Shown here piece after piece: positions 58,491-60,056 of a stretch of 60,056 nucleotides of DNA. How positions within the stretch are numbered: the stretch's first letter is position 1; each line of letters starts with the position of its first letter. The notes beneath the pieces are model-generated. The model saw only the letters and a list, made by a program, of their open reading frames with translations, ran no database searches and was not told the DNA's origin. Both the position numbers and the translations under genes were made by a program. Source of the stretch: Stellaceae bacterium (GTDB lineage: Bacteria > Pseudomonadota > Alphaproteobacteria > ATCC43930 > CGMCC-115725); contig DATKHX010000117.1 of assembly GCA_035510075.1 (NCBI GenBank), positions 1 through 60,056 on the forward strand. Reading direction: 5' to 3'.

Positions 58491-58693
58491 TGCGCCACAC
58501 CGTCCGGGCCGGGTGCCGGCGCTGCGGCTCGGGGCGGCTCGCGGTCCAGGTCATCGCCTGGGCCGAATACCGCGACGGCGAGTTCGAGCGGATCGACCTC
58601 ACCGCCGAGGTGGCGCCCAAACCGCGCGGCTATGCGCTGTGCCTCGATTGCACTCACGTCCAGCCGACGCTCGAGGAGGAGACCGCGCCATGA
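58487..58693 (+). CDS. Small zinc-ribbon-like protein
   Basis: CRRCGSG...CLDCTH, two CxxC pairs. ATGA overlap. Confidence 0.5.
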   Translation: MMRHTVRAGCRRCGSGRLAVQVIAWAEYRDGEFERIDLTAEVAPKPRGYALCLDCTHVQPTLEEETAP

Positions 58694-58860
58694 TTGGGAA
58701 ATTTGCGCGCGGCTTGCTGCTGGCGGCTCTGTTGATGTGGGGGTTGGGCGGCTGCGTGCCGCTGATGATCGGCGGCTATGTCGGCTACCAGATGGCGCAA
58801 AGGGACGCGCACGAGGCCTGGTGCGCCCAGCACGCCGGCGATCCGAGCTGTCACCCGTGA
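58690..58860 (+). CDS. 56-aa putative lipoprotein/membrane peptide
   Basis: MIGKFARGLLLAALLMWGLGG/CVP is lipobox-like. ATGA overlap. Confidence 0.45.
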   Translation: MIGKFARGLLLAALLMWGLGGCVPLMIGGYVGYQMAQRDAHEAWCAQHAGDPSCHP

Positions 58861-59069
58861 GGTTCACCGAGCACGCGATCCTGCGGCGCATCGCGCGCGC
58901 CGCCGCCGCGCATGCCGAGGCGACGGTCAAGACGCACGGGAGGCAGAGCGCCACCGGTGCGGAATTGCGGCGCTGGCTGACCGTGCTCGACGCGTGGGAC
59001 GCGACGCATGCGGTCGAGGCCGGCCCGCTGTTCGAGGAGAAGGGGGAAGACGATGGCAGAGACGGCTGA
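58857..59069 (+). CDS. Hypothetical 70-aa protein
   Basis: VRFTEHAILRRIARAAAAHAEATVK.... GTGA overlap with the upstream gene. Its 3' end overlaps the erf start. Confidence 0.45.
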   Translation: MRFTEHAILRRIARAAAAHAEATVKTHGRQSATGAELRRWLTVLDAWDATHAVEAGPLFEEKGEDDGRDG

Positions 59070-59826
59070 TTTGATCGAAGCCGGGCGCGACCTCGCGCCC
59101 GCCGAGGGGCGCGCCACGCCGGCGACGATGCTGGCGTTGATCGCGCGGGCGGCGACCGACCCGGCGGTCGACGTCGCCAAGATGGAGGCGCTCCTGCGCA
59201 TGCAGCGCGAATTGGAGGCCGACCAGGCGCGCGCCGCCTTCAACGCCGCCTATGCCCGGTTGCAGGCTCGGCTGCCCCGGATCACGAGGCGCGGCAAGAT
59301 CGCGTATCCGGGCAAGAGCGGCGGCAAGGGCTCATCGATCCCATTCGCGCGCTGGGAAGACATCGACGCGGCGATCCGCCCGCTGCTGATCGCGGAGGGC
59401 TTCTCGCTGATCTTCGACAGCCCGTCGGGCGGCGACGGGCGGCTGTTGTGCTCGGGCACCCTCTTGCATGTCGACGGGCACAGCCGCTCGGCCTCGATCC
59501 CGCTGCCGCTCGATACCTCGGGCGGCAAGAACAACCTGCAGGCCGGCGGGTCGGCCGCTTCCTACGGGCAGCGCTACACGACGCGCATGCTGCTCAACCT
59601 CGTCTTCGAGGGCGAGGACGACGACGGCGCCAAGGGCGGGGCCGAGTACATCAGCGCCGAGCAGGTCAAGGAATTGTCCGACCTGATGCGCGAGCTGGCG
59701 GTCAATCTCGACGATTTCTGCCGCACCCTGAATGTCGAGGCGCTGCCCGACATTCAGCAGGCTGCCTACCCGGTGGCGATCAACCTGCTGATGGCGCGCA
59801 AGGCCAGGCGGGAGGGGCAGTCGTGA
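59053..59826 (+). CDS. erf: ERF-family single-strand annealing protein
   Basis: AFNAAYARLQARLPRITRRGKI..., GSAASYGQRYTTRMLLNLV is the ERF signature region. Confidence 0.85.
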   Translation: MAETADLIEAGRDLAPAEGRATPATMLALIARAATDPAVDVAKMEALLRMQRELEADQARAAFNAAYARLQARLPRITRRGKIAYPGKSGGKGSSIPFARWEDIDAAIRPLLIAEGFSLIFDSPSGGDGRLLCSGTLLHVDGHSRSASIPLPLDTSGGKNNLQAGGSAASYGQRYTTRMLLNLVFEGEDDDGAKGGAEYISAEQVKELSDLMRELAVNLDDFCRTLNVEALPDIQQAAYPVAINLLMARKARREGQS

Positions 59827-60056
59827 GCCCGCCCGTCCACCTCGAGGTCACCTCGGGCATCCTGCGGGTGTTCGGCCCCGGCGCCGGGTTTGGCGCGCCG
59901 TTCAAATATGCGCTCGGCATCGTCGGCGACGAGGATGTCGCGACCCTGAAGGCGCTGGCGGCGACGGGGCCGAGCCCCGACGACTTCGCGGCGATCGCCG
60001 CCTGCCTGCGCGCTGTCGGGTTTACCCGGATGCGCTGGGCGCGGCACCGCCCCGAC
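59823..60056 (+). CDS. 5' part of a junction-spanning hypothetical gene (continues at 142..195 in the circular molecule)
   Basis: GTG overlaps the erf stop (GTGA). The frame runs to the window end and is in phase with 1..195. Confidence 0.6.
   Translation, partial: MSPPVHLEVTSGILRVFGPGAGFGAPFKYALGIVGDEDVATLKALAATGPSPDDFAAIAACLRAVGFTRMRWARHRPD
59916..60056. repeat. Terminal direct repeat, right copy (identical to 1..141)
   Basis: Same 141-nt string as the window start. Consistent with a circular assembly overlap or terminal redundancy. Confidence 0.95.

Larger units (their letters stand above)
1..59915. mobile_element. Complete circularly closed temperate tailed-phage genome (one unit ~59,915 bp)
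   Basis: Exact 141-bp overlap of the window ends. Integrase+attP, CI/Cro switch, replication, packaging, HK97-type head, RcGTA-like tail and lysis modules are all present. Confidence 0.85.

Overview
The window is one complete, circularly closed genome of a temperate tailed phage or excised prophage. The first 141 bp are identical to the last 141 bp, so one unit is about 59,915 bp. GC content is high, roughly 65-70% by eye.

Gene content points to an alphaproteobacterial host: RcGTA-like tail genes, a GcrA-like protein, a GapR/DUF2312-like protein, and an attP matching the 3' part of a tRNA-Gln(CUG).

The layout is lambda-like:
- A CI (HTH + S24 peptidase) / Cro-like divergent switch lies at 55.2-56.2 kb. 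It carries palindromic ACGG-N5-CCGT operators, and a third operator copy sits in a second promoter at 57.5 kb.
- The plus-strand early-left operon (57.5 kb, through the circular junction, to 4.3 kb) encodes small proteins, an ERF annealase, a YqaJ exonuclease, a NUMOD3-repeat protein, a J-domain protein, an excisionase-like protein, a tyrosine integrase and attP.
- The long minus-strand operon (55.4 kb down to 6.2 kb) starts with early and replication genes: the GapR-like fusion, VRR-NUC, a Rep gene with internal iterons and an AT tract, and HU. It then has a serine recombinase, the GcrA-like protein and HNH.
- The same operon continues with packaging and head genes: TerS, TerL, portal, a protease fused to a scaffold-like extension, and an HK97-type capsid protein.
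- It ends with head-tail joining genes, the major tail protein, a frameshifted chaperone pair, a tape measure, RcGTA g12-g15-like distal tail genes, a large fibre/accessory block and a terminal lysis cassette.

The most unusual observations are:
1. A 14-kb run of eight late genes whose products all start with Sec or lipoprotein signal peptides. It includes three giant beta-helix/depolymerase-like proteins.
2. A membrane-anchored DEDDh exonuclease in the immunity-region slot next to cI.
3. A glycosyltransferase-like gene with a His/Pro-rich tail inserted into the conserved g13/g14 tail synteny.
4. A low-GC two-gene islet encoding a mini P-loop protein and a 3-TM protein.
5. Two DNA-methyltransferase relics, plus several in-frame tandem duplications.

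All functional calls come from reading motifs in the supplied translations. No database search was run.
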